Shown here: positions 22,982-34,519 of the stretch, piece by piece
Numbering within the stretch: the stretch's first letter is position 1
Layout of the letters: each line of letters begins with the position of its first letter
Assembly: GCF_001194135.2 (NCBI RefSeq)
Contig: NC_068990.1
Coordinates: 11,943,777 to 11,985,855 of the forward strand
Direction: 5' to 3'
DNA: 42,079 nucleotides
Origin: Octopus bimaculoides
Taxonomy: Eukaryota
Made by a program: the position numbers and the translations under genes
Notes under the pieces: model-generated
What the model was told of the DNA's origin: nothing
The model's input: the letters and a program-made list of their open reading frames with translations, nothing else
Database searches by the model: none

Positions 22982-23651
22982 TTAAATCTTTGTGATTTTT
23001 GTGTTCATATTGCAACACACCAATTTATAAACAGATGTAAAGGGACTTTGCTTTCATTTTTATATTTAAATTGCATTTGTACATCACCATTGAACTTATT
23101 TAAATGAGTCAAGTCATGAGAGATGTAGTTCTTTGCCAGGATGCAATGCAATGCTGTGATGATTACAGGACGTGAATTATTAATTTCTAATATTGGCAAG
23201 CAACCAGGAATTTAGTAGGGAAGAATGTACTCTCAGTAAAAGTTAATTCCAGTTTATGATTCATACTTATTTTATCAAGGCAGAGTCATCCTCAATAGGG
23301 TTAGAATTAACAATGTGCAAAGAAGCAACTAAACCCTTCAAGGCATTTCATTTGCTGCTCCACTAGTTCTGCCAATCCATGAATTATTCACATTTTTAAC
23401 TCTTTATTCAACTCTCTCAAGAAAAATTAAGCCAAGAAGACTGTGAACTGGCAAAGTTGTTTGAGCATTACAGAGTCTGTTCTGGTTTTCTGCATTCTGT
23501 TTTCAAGCCCTACCAAGATCACCTTTGTTTTTCATCTTTTTGTAGGGATCAATGAAATATCTGTAGAAACATTACAAAGGGAAGGGACAAGGAGAGAGGT
23601 CACAGGTGAAAATGTAAAAGGGATGCTAATTTTCGTCTTGTTTAGCATATA

Positions 23652-24047
23652 TACTCTTTTACTTATTTCAGTCATTTGACTGCGGCCATGCTGGAGCACC
23701 GCCTTTAGTCGAGCAAATCGACCCCAGGACTTATTCTTTGTAAGCCTAGTACTTATTCTATCTGTCTCTTTTACCGAACTGCTAAGTTATGGGGACGTAA
23801 ACACACCAGCATTGGTTGTCGAGCGATGTTGTGGGGACAAACATATACCCACACATACATATATATATATATATATACACATATACGACAGGCTTCTTTC
23901 AGTTTCCGTCTACCAAATCCACTCACAAGGCTTTGGTCAGCCCGAGGCTATAGTAGAAGACACTTGCCCAAGATGCCACACAGTGGGAATGAACCCAGAA
24001 CCATGCGGTTGGTAAGCAAGTTAATTACCACACAGCCACTCCTACAG
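23652..24047 (-). mobile_element. SINE S2, full length
   Basis: Complete head-core-tail in reverse complement. Confidence 0.9.
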
Positions 24048-24714
24048 AAAGGGGCATGAAAAATATATTTGTCCCTTTTTTATTCTGAGCATTGAGAACC
24101 CCTTTCTATGCCACTGAGTACCTATCCAGAATATTGTATTGTGGAAATATTAATGCATCAGATATGAAACCCTGCGACACCTGTTTTGACTGTGTGTTCT
24201 TAGTTCAAATCCAACATCTTGTCATTGGGAAAATGGTGAGATGATAGAACAATAGCCTTTATCATAAAATACCCAAGACACTCATATGAAATACAGCCTC
24301 ACTGAAATCCAGCTAGACCTGGAAAGTGCTACCCACAACAATATATCAGCTGTGATATAACAAACCTATCATTTGAAAAAGATATAAGCATACTGGATAA
24401 TAAAGTTCTTTAAGAGAGTATAGACACACTTAGAATATCATTGAACATAGGTCTCTTCAACCAGAATTGAATTTATGCTTAGCAACAATAAAAACAAAGA
24501 ACACAGCAGCAACATACTAATGTCTAAGTCTGTTGTAGTTCTAATAGAATGGAGATCAGTATCAAATGTTATTGTATTGACTGAATGAAGAAAGCATTGT
24601 CAATCTAGAAACCATAGCTGTTAATTTCAACTATTCTTCATCTGTCAGGAAGCAAATATGACTAGTGACTGTCTGGTACAACTTTATTTCCAATGAATCC
24701 ACAGCTATAGACTT

Positions 24715-25053
24715 GCTGAGACCCCCTTCGGTCATGACTGACCATGGGATTGCACCTAGAAAGTTACCCTCCCAGGCACAAGTCCGGGCAAGGTGGTTTA
24801 TGGAAGACCAGCAGTCGCTCATGCATACTGGTCTCTCCTCTTCACGCCACCAGTGTTATCCAAGGGAAAGGCAAAGGGGCCGATACAGCTTGGCACCTGT
24901 GACGTCGTAACTCATTTCTACAGCTGAGTGAACTGGAGCAACACGAAATAAAGTGCCTTGCTCAAGAACACAACATGCAGCCTGGTCCAGGATTCGAACT
25001 CACAACCTCACAATCGTAAGCTCGACGCTATAACCACTGAGACATGCACCTTC
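24715..25053 (-). mobile_element. SINE S4, full length with target-site duplication
   Basis: Flanked by acagctatagactt (24701-24714) and acaactatagactt (25054-25067). Confidence 0.9.
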
Positions 25054-25179
25054 ACAACTATAGACTTATTATAGACTTACTAGTTAGAGATAATGCAACT
25101 CATCCTAGATGTGTACTGACGTAGAAATGTCTTTATACCATTTCTTTGCAGGTATAATCTACATCAGAGACATTAGAAA

Positions 25180-25402
25180 AGTGGGGCAAAGAAAAGTGGG
25201 GTGATATCGGGGTGGCCAAAAGAGGGCCGTGGATGTAAAAAACAACGAAATGATGAATTAGATTAACTTTTTTTTATGAAATACAGTTGTTTTGAATTTG
25301 CTTCAGAAAGTGGTTTACGTTTTGTGGTGGTGATGGATGGGTGTTAGGAATGTGGCCTGGGTGCCAAGGGAGCAGTGGCCTGAAAATGTTTGGGAACCAC
25401 TA
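25180..25402. mobile_element. hAT-type MITE (right part)
   Basis: Ends cctgaaaatgtttgggaaccact (CAGTGGTTCCCAAAC-type TIR); homologous to about 28170-28425. Confidence 0.65.
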
Positions 25403-25481
25403 GTTTACATGTATTATAAGGTATTACAGGTATAACCTCAAAAGAGGGGTCCCTAAGGTAGACATGTATGGTTGAACTTAC

Positions 25482-25515
25482 CCAATATCTGGTATATCCT
25501 TCAGATCCATGGATG
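25482..25515 (-). CDS. candidate 34-nt micro-exon
   Basis: catgtttgcag|CATCCATGGATCTGAAGGATATACCAGATATTGG|gtaagt, reading (A)SMDLKDIPDIG or IHGSEGYTRYW. Confidence 0.3.
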
Positions 25516-25838
25516 CTGCAAACATGCTGACTCATCTTTCCTTCATGGCATATCTTTAGAAGGACAATTTACTGCTACAATGATGTATCACAAGTGTTAC
25601 CTCTACAGAAAATCCAGAGGGGTGGACCCTAAGGTAGACTTATATTTATAACTGACTAATATATTGCATCCCATGTAGCTCCATGCATGCTGTAAATATA
25701 TTGATGTGTTTTTCTTTCATGGTATATACCCAGGGGTGGAGAAGTGGTAAGTGTACTTGGAACTAGCCACTTGTTTCTGGAAAGTCCTGGCACAGTAGAA
25801 GTTACTCTCTCTACAATACCAATGACCGATGACAATAT

Positions 25839-25998
25839 AGGTGCAGGCATGGTGGTGTGGTGAGAAGCTTGCTTCCAAACCTCATGGTTCTGAGTTCAGC
25901 CCCACTGAGTAGCACCTTGGACAAGTGTCTTCTACTATAGCCTGAAGCCAACTGAAGCTTTGTGAGTGGATTTGGTAGACAGAAACTGAAAGAAACCC

Positions 25999-26068
<70 letters not shown>

Positions 26069-26240
26069 TGTGTGTGTTCCACCAATTCTAGTTCAGCAAA
26101 AGTGTCATATAGAATAAGTATTTGGTCTTAAAAAAGAAATAAGTCCTGGGGGTCGATTTGCTTCACTAGAACCCTTCAAAACAGTGCCCCAGCATGGCCA
26201 CAATCAAATGACTGAAACAAGCAAATGGTAAGAGATAAAA
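25839..26240 (+). mobile_element. SINE S2 with expanded (TG)n
   Basis: Head, core, (TG)n at 26001-26070, and tail. Confidence 0.88.
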
Positions 26241-26263
26241 GGCCAATCATTGTTTTATCGCAG

Positions 26264-26305
26264 GAGCAATCTTCCATATTATAAACAAATATTGCTCCTG
26301 TAGAG
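26264..26305 (+). CDS. candidate 42-nt exon
   Basis: cattgttttatcgcag|GAGCAATC...CTGTAGAG|gtaagt. Only the phase-1 frame is open (GAIFHIINKYCSCR), and the exon is symmetric. Confidence 0.4.
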
Positions 26306-27744
26306 GTAAGTAGTTCGTCTACTGATTAGGATACAATATCCATTGGTTAATCTGTTGACCAAATTAAGGTGACATTGTCCACCTTAGATTTTAACCATTT
26401 TAGATCTGTCAAAAGCCAATGCTTTCATATAATTTCTTTACAGGTGCAATTTTATGACATAATCGACCCACTAGTTTACAAACACACATTGATACTGTAC
26501 ATTTAAATAAGCTAATCTAATGATCAGATTTTAGTATGATGTGGTTACCAAATTGGCGGAAGAGAGGTGTCATCATACATCGTCTGGGAATGATTTCCGA
26601 TTGGTCAGAAAACCAATATTAGCATACAGTTTCTTTACTAGTATGATTTTATAGCATGAATAATCTTGCTGATTGCAAACACATATTTTTACTGTTGATT
26701 ACATTAAGCTAATACACTGACCAGAATTTATTTTCATATTTCAGTTATAAATGCCATACAGAATTTAATAGACTGAAATACAAACGTTAAATACGAACAT
26801 TAAATGGCTGAACGTGTTCATGGCAATGTTAGGAAAGAAGCAAGCATATAAATAATGCAAAGAAAATATAACATCGTTGCCATCATCATCATCATCGTCA
26901 TAGTCATCATCATTATCAATATTAGTATTATTAGTATTAATATAATCAGTGTTAGTATTATTATATTTAACTCTCTTAATGTGAAGCCACCATTTTCCTT
27001 CTCTCTTTGAGATATGACTATTCAAGAATTACCAAATGAAATATTCTTTAAAGTACTTGTAAAAAAAAAAAAGAATTGTAATGAACTATAATTACAAAGA
27101 AAATCCTGCCCTCCCTACCTGGGGGTAGACAACAAAAAAATGGCTACCATACAAAATTATTGAACAGTGAATAGAAAAACAGAAAAAAAAGAAACATATA
27201 AAACCTAAATACACAGCTGAATGTACAAAATGTTAGAGAAAATGAGCTGTTTAGTAAACAATTAATAGAAAATTATCCCAAACACTCAAATAGCTACTTT
27301 TGAAGATAGCAATAATCAAAACAATGACACAGTAGCAGTAATAACAATTAGACTGAGTCAAAGAATATTGTCCACACATACTGTTGTTGTACTAATGTGA
27401 ACATTGCTTTAACACAAACTGAACAAACAAAATTTTGGACCTATCACGGTTAAAAGTAGAATGTTGTTTTGGAGAATTTTGGACAATTGAAAAGCATTTC
27501 TTTGCTAAAGGAACTAAATCCAGAAGGCAAAGACAAGTGTGTGTGTGTGTGTTTGTGTGTACTTATGAAAGAAAGAAAATGAATTAAATCTTTTTTTCAC
27601 ATGAGTTGTACAACAGTCTCTTCAGGATATATTGGAGAAAATCTCATTTGAAAAAGGTAATAGTTATGGCCCTTTCTGTTGTACCTTCAAAACTGAAAAC
27701 TTAACCAAAATAGAGTCTGAAATTGCAAGACGGACATCTGACTG

Positions 27745-27964
27745 TATGAGAGGATGGTTAGAAGTTCCAGGCTTTAATAGTATAATGAAAGGCCTAGTTG
27801 GAGACCCAGCCTTCTGAGTTCTTTTACGGGCTTTAGAAAAACTGAAGGACTGCTTCAATAAGTGTGTGAATCTGAGAGTGGAATATGTTGAATAAAATCA
27901 TAATTAACTAATCCTTCTGTATTTTCTTTTACCCAAAGTCAGGAAGCTTTCAGCACCCATAATA
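27745..27964 (+). mobile_element. mariner-derived MITE (family M2) retaining the transposase C-terminus
   Basis: Degenerate TIRs tatgagaggatggttagaagttccaggcttt / aaagtcaggaagctttcagcacccataata enclose LETQPSEFF..RALEKLKDCFNKCVNLRVEYVE*. Confidence 0.8.
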
Positions 27965-27978
27965 TATTTGCACCTCAG

Positions 27979-28069
27979 TGTAATGGAGAGAAAAATACAA
28001 GTGTATTGATAACAGATAATGGAACCGAGATCGACTTGTGGTTAGTAATCACTTTATTTTTGAGTACAA
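27979..28069 (+). CDS. candidate 91-nt exon
   Basis: atatttgcacctcag|TGTAAT...AGTACAA|gtgagt; open frame CNGEKNTSVLITDNGTEIDLWLVITLFLST. Confidence 0.25.
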
Positions 28070-28169
28070 GTGAGTGATTTAAGCAGGGCTAATAACAAAT
28101 ATCATGTGGTCAGGGTACATCAAAATAGATTTACATGTTCTCTTGACTCTGAAGCTGATAAAACTATTC

Positions 28170-28425
28170 CATGATTCCCTTCACTGGGAATGGTGGAAAG
28201 TTCCAAAGGAGTGTTGAAGAAAAGTGGGGTGATAATGGGTTAGCGATTCAATTAAAAACAACAAAATAATGGGTTCGTTAGGTTAAGTTTTATTTGTGAA
28301 ATATAGTTGTCTTGCATTTGCTTCAGAAAGAAGTCTATGTTTGTGATGGTTAGTTGGGGTGGGGATGCTAGGAATGTAGCCTGGGTGTCAAGGGGGCAGC
28401 AGCCTGAAAAAGTTTGGGAACCAAA
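28170..28425. mobile_element. hAT-type MITE
   Basis: Homologous to 25180-25402; ends gcctgaaaaagtttgggaacc. Confidence 0.6.
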
Positions 28426-28714
28426 CTCCATCATTTTGTGATGAGGAAGAAATAGACTGCAGAGGTAAATGTACAAAGTAGTGAAGGAAACATCATCATT
28501 ATCAGTTTATGTTCATTTTCTATGCTTGCATGAGTTAGAAGAGTTTACTGAAGCAAGTTTTCTATGGCAGGACACTTTTTCAGTTACTAATCCCCACCTG
28601 TTTCCAAGTAAGGCAATATTTTCCCATGGTCAGATATGTATGCACAGAATATGAGAAATGAATGGCATTTATTAAGGGCAATCACGTGATGTCAAGACAT
28701 GAAAACACAAACAT

Positions 28715-29200
28715 ACACACACTTACATAAACACAGACCCACCCACAATCACACCAACATGAAATTACATACATACATACATATATTAACACACACACAC
28801 ATACATACATTAACACTCACAAATACANNNNNNNNNNNNNNNNACACACACTTACATAAACACAGACCCACCCACAATCACACCAACATGAAATTACATA
28901 CACACATACATACATATATTAACACACACACACATACATACATTAACACTCACAAATACACATACATCGACTCACATGAACATGGATACACCCACAATCA
29001 CACTCACATACAATTACACAGATACGTGCATTCATTAACACACACACACACAAACACAGACTCACATAAACACAGACATACCCACAATCACACCCACATA
29101 CAATTACACACAGACACATATACACACACTCACATAAACACAGACACACTCACATACAATTACATACATTAACACATACACACACACCACACACACACAC
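28715..29200. repeat. CA-rich cryptic minisatellite spanning a 16-N gap (28828-28843)
   Basis: Recurrent acataaacacagac..cccacaatcacac units. Confidence 0.9.
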
Positions 29201-29362
29201 AATTGACTTCTTTGAGTTTCTGTCAACCAAATCCACTCACAAGTCTTTTGTTGGCCCAAGGATATAGTAAAAGACACATGCTCAAGGTGTTACACAGTGG
29301 GACCGAACCTGGAACCATGTAGTTGTGAAGCAAACTTCTTACCACACAGCAACACCTGCACC
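29200..29362 (-). mobile_element. SINE S2 5' half
   Basis: Reverse-complement head and core. Confidence 0.8.
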
Positions 29363-30294
29363 TTTACGAAAGAAACACTAAAGAGGAAAAAAAAAATTTT
29401 TTTAATCAAAAAAATTGCAAAGTCAACACAAAACAACATAAATGGGTGAAGATAAATAATTTCTTCAAGAGAACAACAAGATTCTACCACAGAAAAATAA
29501 TGAAGCAAATGATAAAGAATTAGAATTCACCATCCTTAGTGAATCAAACAGACAACTAATTGACAAAATCACGTATCTGTGGTGCCAGGGACTTTAGAAT
29601 GAAGTATAAATGACACAAGCACGATTAAGTTCAGAATATAGGCAACATGCAAAAGATAGGTTGTTAGTAAAATAAAGTCATACAAAGGCTCTATAATGAA
29701 TTAAAACTATCTTACCATGAAGATGTTGGTGCTTCCAACTACAATCATCTCTGGTGCTTTTGTATGCTCAAAAAGACAATATGAAAATTAGCAAACAGGG
29801 AAATATGTAGGATCTGATAACCTCCTAATCTTGTTAGTAATCATTCTTGCTTTATTTTCATTTATTTATATTTTGTTTTAATTATTGTGTGTTTTATCAT
29901 ATATTTATTTTATTTCTGTGCAGATAATTAATTGTGAGGTCCCCGGTTCGATCACACAGTGTGGTGGTATTTTAGACAAGTATATTCTACCATAGCTTTT
30001 AGCCAGTTACTCAGCAGGAGCCTCTCAGTATTTGGAGATAAAAACTCTTTTGGTGCTCCACCAACCAAATTTACATATTGAATGGTCTTTTCCTATTTCA
30101 TTTTTCAGAAGTGGCTGCTCTGTTTCCTCGGGTTGACTCAAACCCTGTGATTGAAATTTGGTAGAAAGAAACTATGTGGAAGTTTATTGAATTTATAGTT
30201 CCTGCAATTCAAAGGCTGACTCTTGTTGCATATGTTGTGTTGCAATGATTTGATCAAAGAATAATGTTAAAAAGGCAAGCTTTGGGAGAATAAG

Positions 30295-31142
30295 CTTTAA
30301 TCTAACAAGCTGGATTTCTTTTAGCATTCTGATTTTAATTTAACAAATTGGCATTACTTTAGCATTTCAGCATTAATTTACGAAATTGGCATTTTTTTAC
30401 TATTAAGGTATTAATTTGACAAGCTGATATTATATAAGAAGTCAGACATTAATCTAACAAGTTGGCATCAGTTCATCTTTTGGATACTAATTTAACAAGT
30501 TAGCATTATTTTAGCATTCAGGTATGAATTTAGCGCGGGGGCGTAATGGCCCAGTGGTTAGGGCAGCGGACTCGCGGTCATAGGATCGCGGTTTCGATTC
30601 CTAGACCGGGCGTTGTGAGTGTTTATTGAGCGAAAACACCTAAAGCTCCACGAGGCTTCGACAGGGGATGGTGGCGAACCCTGCTGTACTCTTTCAGCAC
30701 AACTTTCTCTTACTTCCTGTTTCTGTTGTGCTTGTAATTCAAAGCGTCAGCCTTGTTACACTGTGTCACGCTGAATATCCCCGAGAACTACGTTAAGGGT
30801 ACACATGTCTGTGGAGTGCTCAGCCACTTGCACGTTAATTTCACGAGCAGGCTGTTCTGTTAATCGGATCAACTGGAACCCTCGACGTCGTAAGCAACAG
30901 AGTGCCAACGACAACATTAATTTAGCAAGTTGGCAGTATTTTAGTAATTAGCCATTTAGTAATTCTTTAGAATTCATGCATAAATTTAATAAGTAAGCGT
31001 TATTTTAATAGGTGTCAATTTAACAAGTTGGAATTATTTTAGCATTTAAACATCAATTTAACAATTTGGTATTATTTTAGCATTCAGGTATTAATTTAGC
31101 AAGTTGGCAGTATTTTAGCAATTAGTGATTAATTTAACAAGT
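30295..31142. repeat. degenerate 38-40 bp minisatellite interrupted by a SINE
   Basis: Units resembling ttaatttaacaagttggcattattttagcattcaggta occur on both sides of 30536-30916. Confidence 0.85.
30536..30916 (+). mobile_element. SINE S1 with tail B, full length, CpG-rich (young)
   Basis: Intact A box tggcccagtgg and B box ggtttcgattcc; tail ...gtaagcaacagagtgccaacgacaac. Confidence 0.92.
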
Positions 31143-31580
31143 CAGTCAGTTCAGTTGACCGAACAAGTGAATGTTCATTGTCATCAAAATCAATGGAGAA
31201 TATATCATATTATTAAAAGCATGATCCAACTTGAAATTCAGTAATTGTGTTATATTAATTCAATTAATTTCTGGTCAGTCACACCTGTACAATCATTAAT
31301 TGGACACAAACCAAACTACATATGCTAAATAGATCTACAAGTATTGTTATATAATGACAGCGTTTGTCACTGAATTAATGTAATACACATACATACATAT
31401 ATATACATTTGTATATGTGTGTATATAGATATATATGTACATATAGCATATAGTCAGAGTGTCTAGAGAAGAGTTTTAATAAGCATTCTGTAATATGAAC
31501 CAATTAACTGCAGAAATACATCTAGCAAATAATGAACAATATTTTTTTTTTAGAGTTGGGGGTATTTGCTGTCAACTTAC

Positions 31581-31779
31581 ACTAGAATATTTCAATGAAG
31601 GAGTCTTTATGAGATTGCTTGACGTGTTAGAAATAGCACTCGAATTTTCTGAAATCATATTGGCATCTAAATATAAATGAAACTTGCTGGAGCAAGTAGT
31701 CTTTCTGGTTATGCAAGACAGTTTTGAATTAGATCTCTTTAGTTATAAATATGTTTTTTTCAGAATTGATTTGAGATTA
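31581..31779 (+). repeat. arm 1 of a 200-bp inverted duplication
   Basis: Reverse complement of 33274-33471 with about a dozen substitutions. Confidence 0.92.
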
Positions 31780-31998
31780 AACAGCAATTATAGTTTAGAT
31801 CAGGACGAAGTAAAAGAGGGGTCACCTTGAAAAGGAGTCATGCCGTCTTCAAAGGGGAATGTTGCATTCAATAATGTGACATGAATATACTATACCAGAG
31901 TTAAGTATTTCATGATTATGACTGAAATATTTTCCATCATAAGTTTTCTCATTGAGACTAAACATCATCATCATCATCATCATCATTTTTCTGTCCAC

Positions 31999-32303
31999 TG
32001 AAGGTGCATGGTTCAGTGGTTAGAGCATCGGGTTCACAATCATGAGGTAGTGAGTTCAATTCTTGGACCAGGCTGTGTGTTGTATTCTTGAGCAAGACCC
32101 TTTGTTTCACATTGCTCCAGTTCACTCAGCTGCAGAAATGTCTCAGCCTTTGCCTTTCCCTTGGATAACATTGGTGACATGGAGAGAGGTGGCTGGTACG
32201 CATGGGTGACTGTTGGTCTTCATAAACAACCTAGCCCAGACTTGAGCCTTGGAGGGTAACCTTCTAGGTGCAATCCCATGGTCATTCATGACCAAAGGGG
32301 GTC
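31999..32303 (+). mobile_element. SINE S4
   Basis: Head tgaaggtgcatggttcagtggttagag; tail gcaatcccatggtcattcatgaccaaagggggtc. Confidence 0.88.
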
Positions 32304-32319
32304 TTTTTACAAATGGTGG

Positions 32320-32871
32320 TATGGGTTGGTCCATTCCAACAGGTTGCTACCTTGTTCTAATGTCCCAGTTTTGGCTAAGTTCCTATGGTTAGAGGCCCTT
32401 CCTAATACCAACCACTTAACAGATTCTATTGGATGCTTTCCTCAGGGCACCAGCACTTGTGAGGTCATCTTGTAACTTGCAAGACTAAAGAACTCCTACA
32501 TTAGAGAGGAAAGCTAGGACCTAAGCATACAAAAGTCTGCACAGATTGGAACTGCTAATGCTTTTAGGGAAAGTGCTATCCCCCTGAAGTTGTGGCTTTC
32601 GTCAGCTCATATCAAGTAAATCTATGATCAAATGACGTTCTAGCCATCACTATCCCCTTCTTGCTTTCTTTCTTTCTTTATTCATTTTTATAAAAAGTAC
32701 CCAGTGCACTCTGTAGAGTGGTTGGCATTAGAAAAAGTATCTAGCCATAGAAAGCATGCCAAAACAGACAACTGGACAAAGAAATCAGACTGGAACCTAG
32801 TGCAGCTCTCCAGCTAGCCAGCTTTTGTCCGACCCATAAAAATGGTTGTTAAATGATTATGTTGATGATGG

Positions 32872-32906
<35 letters not shown>

Positions 32907-32940
32907 TCCATGATGTCCATGATGTCCATGATGTCCATGA
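32320..32940. mobile_element. degenerate RTE-type tail fragments in both orientations plus (GAT)n
   Basis: 32330-32470 (minus) and 32690-32880 (plus) resemble the 6536/36480 tail family. Confidence 0.55.
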
Positions 32941-33172
32941 CCCATTCCAGTGTCTCTAAAACTGGTGAGAGTAAAGATGAAGGTATTCCTCAACTTAAAT
33001 ACCGCCCCTGAATGGGAGGGGACATCACTAAAGTGACCCCAGGTACCATGGTGGTGGTGTTAAACTAGAACAGATTAAGTCGACTACCCAAGCAAGCCAT
33101 GTTGAGATTTATACTCAGAACACAATGAGCAGAAACAAATATTGCCAGGTAACTGGTCTGACTTTCTTACAG

Positions 33173-33196
33173 TTCCATAAACCCACATCAAGATTG
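33173..33196 (+). CDS. candidate 24-nt micro-exon
   Basis: ctgactttcttacag|TTCCATAAACCCACATCAAGATTG|gtaagt with a CTGAC branch-point-like motif; reads FHKPTSRL or SINPHQD. Confidence 0.35.
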
Positions 33197-33273
33197 GTAA
33201 GTTTTGGTTAACTCTAAAACGAAATACAAAGTTTACTTTGGTGGAATTTGAACTCAGAATGAGAGATTTGAAC

Positions 33274-33471
33274 TAATCTCAAATCAGCTCTGAAAAAACA
33301 TATTTATAACTAATGAGATCTAATTCATAATTGTCTTGTATAACCAGAAAGACTACTTGCTCCAGCAAGTTTCATTTATATTTAGATGCCAATATGATTT
33401 CAGGAAATTTGAGTGCTATTTCTAATACGTCAAGCAATCTCATAAAGGCTCCTTCATTGAGATTATCTAGT
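33274..33471 (-). repeat. arm 2 of the 200-bp inverted duplication
   Basis: See 31581-31779. Confidence 0.92.
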
Positions 33472-33964
33472 AGATTCATTTTTTAAGATGAATGTCTGAC
33501 AATTGAGTGAGAGTAGCACTGGCTGCTATTTCTACCAGATCAAATGACAACACAGAGGCTCTATTACTGGCTCATAGTCCTTCGTGAAGGTTTGAAAACC
33601 TTACAGAAAGATATACTTCTGTCGTTTCTCAGCAGTTAACTATGACCTTGATAGAATTTGAACTCAGAGTGAGAGTTTTGGACCTGGTAGTCACATTATC
33701 TAGTAAATCCATTTTTTAAAGATGATAGAGTGAGATTTGATGGAGAAAGGATTTCACTGCTATTTCTACAAGGTCAAGCAACAATGCAGAGACGCCATTG
33801 CTGGCTCTCAGTTCTGTATCTGTTATGAAGACTTTTAAGCCTGATGGAAAGAAATATGTACTATTTTCATTTTTCCCTGTAATTAACTTTGACTCCATAT
33901 ACAGACATGAACAATTGAATAAGATTATATTATTGCAAGGTGATACAAAAATACATTGTTTTAA

Positions 33965-33978
33965 TCATAATAATAATC

Positions 33979-34012
<34 letters not shown>

Positions 34013-34040
34013 TAATAATAATAATAATGATGATGATGAT
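33965..34040. repeat. (AAT)n/(GAT)n microsatellite
   Basis: Direct reading. Confidence 0.95.
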
Positions 34041-34519
34041 GATACTGATAACAATGATAACTTTTATTATATATTTTGTGATCTTTATTGTATCTTTAAA
34101 AAGTTTTATTAATTTATCATACAATAAATTTATTATGAATATGTCCAGACACTTAACTGTTGCAGTTTCTATTGGATTAGCTTGCTTTCTGGAGATAAGT
34201 TATAAAACATTCTATCCATTTAAATGTTATGTTATTTTGTCTCAATAAGTAGGTAAGTACCTTTGGCATTTCAGTTTTATAGAAAATAGAATTCTTCGTA
34301 GATTCTTCATTCAAGTGACTGCTTGAAAAATTCCATTTTTCAACAGATTGACCATTTTTCTGACAAACATTTTAAACAACAATAGTCAGTTATCAGATAT
34401 ATAATGTATACACATATATAAACACACATGCAAGTGGTATATACACACACAAACATGTACTATGTTGGTTGTGGTTTAAATGCATTTAAATTTGTGAGAC
34501 TTTGATTATCTACTAAGCA

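Noticed and set aside
23540-23605. Strong plus-strand acceptor and exon
   Set aside because: The pyrimidine tract is a decayed S3 central domain.
28715-28960. Near-exact 115-bp direct repeat
   Set aside because: The copies flank a 16-N gap; probably overlapping contig ends or alleles (assembly artefact).
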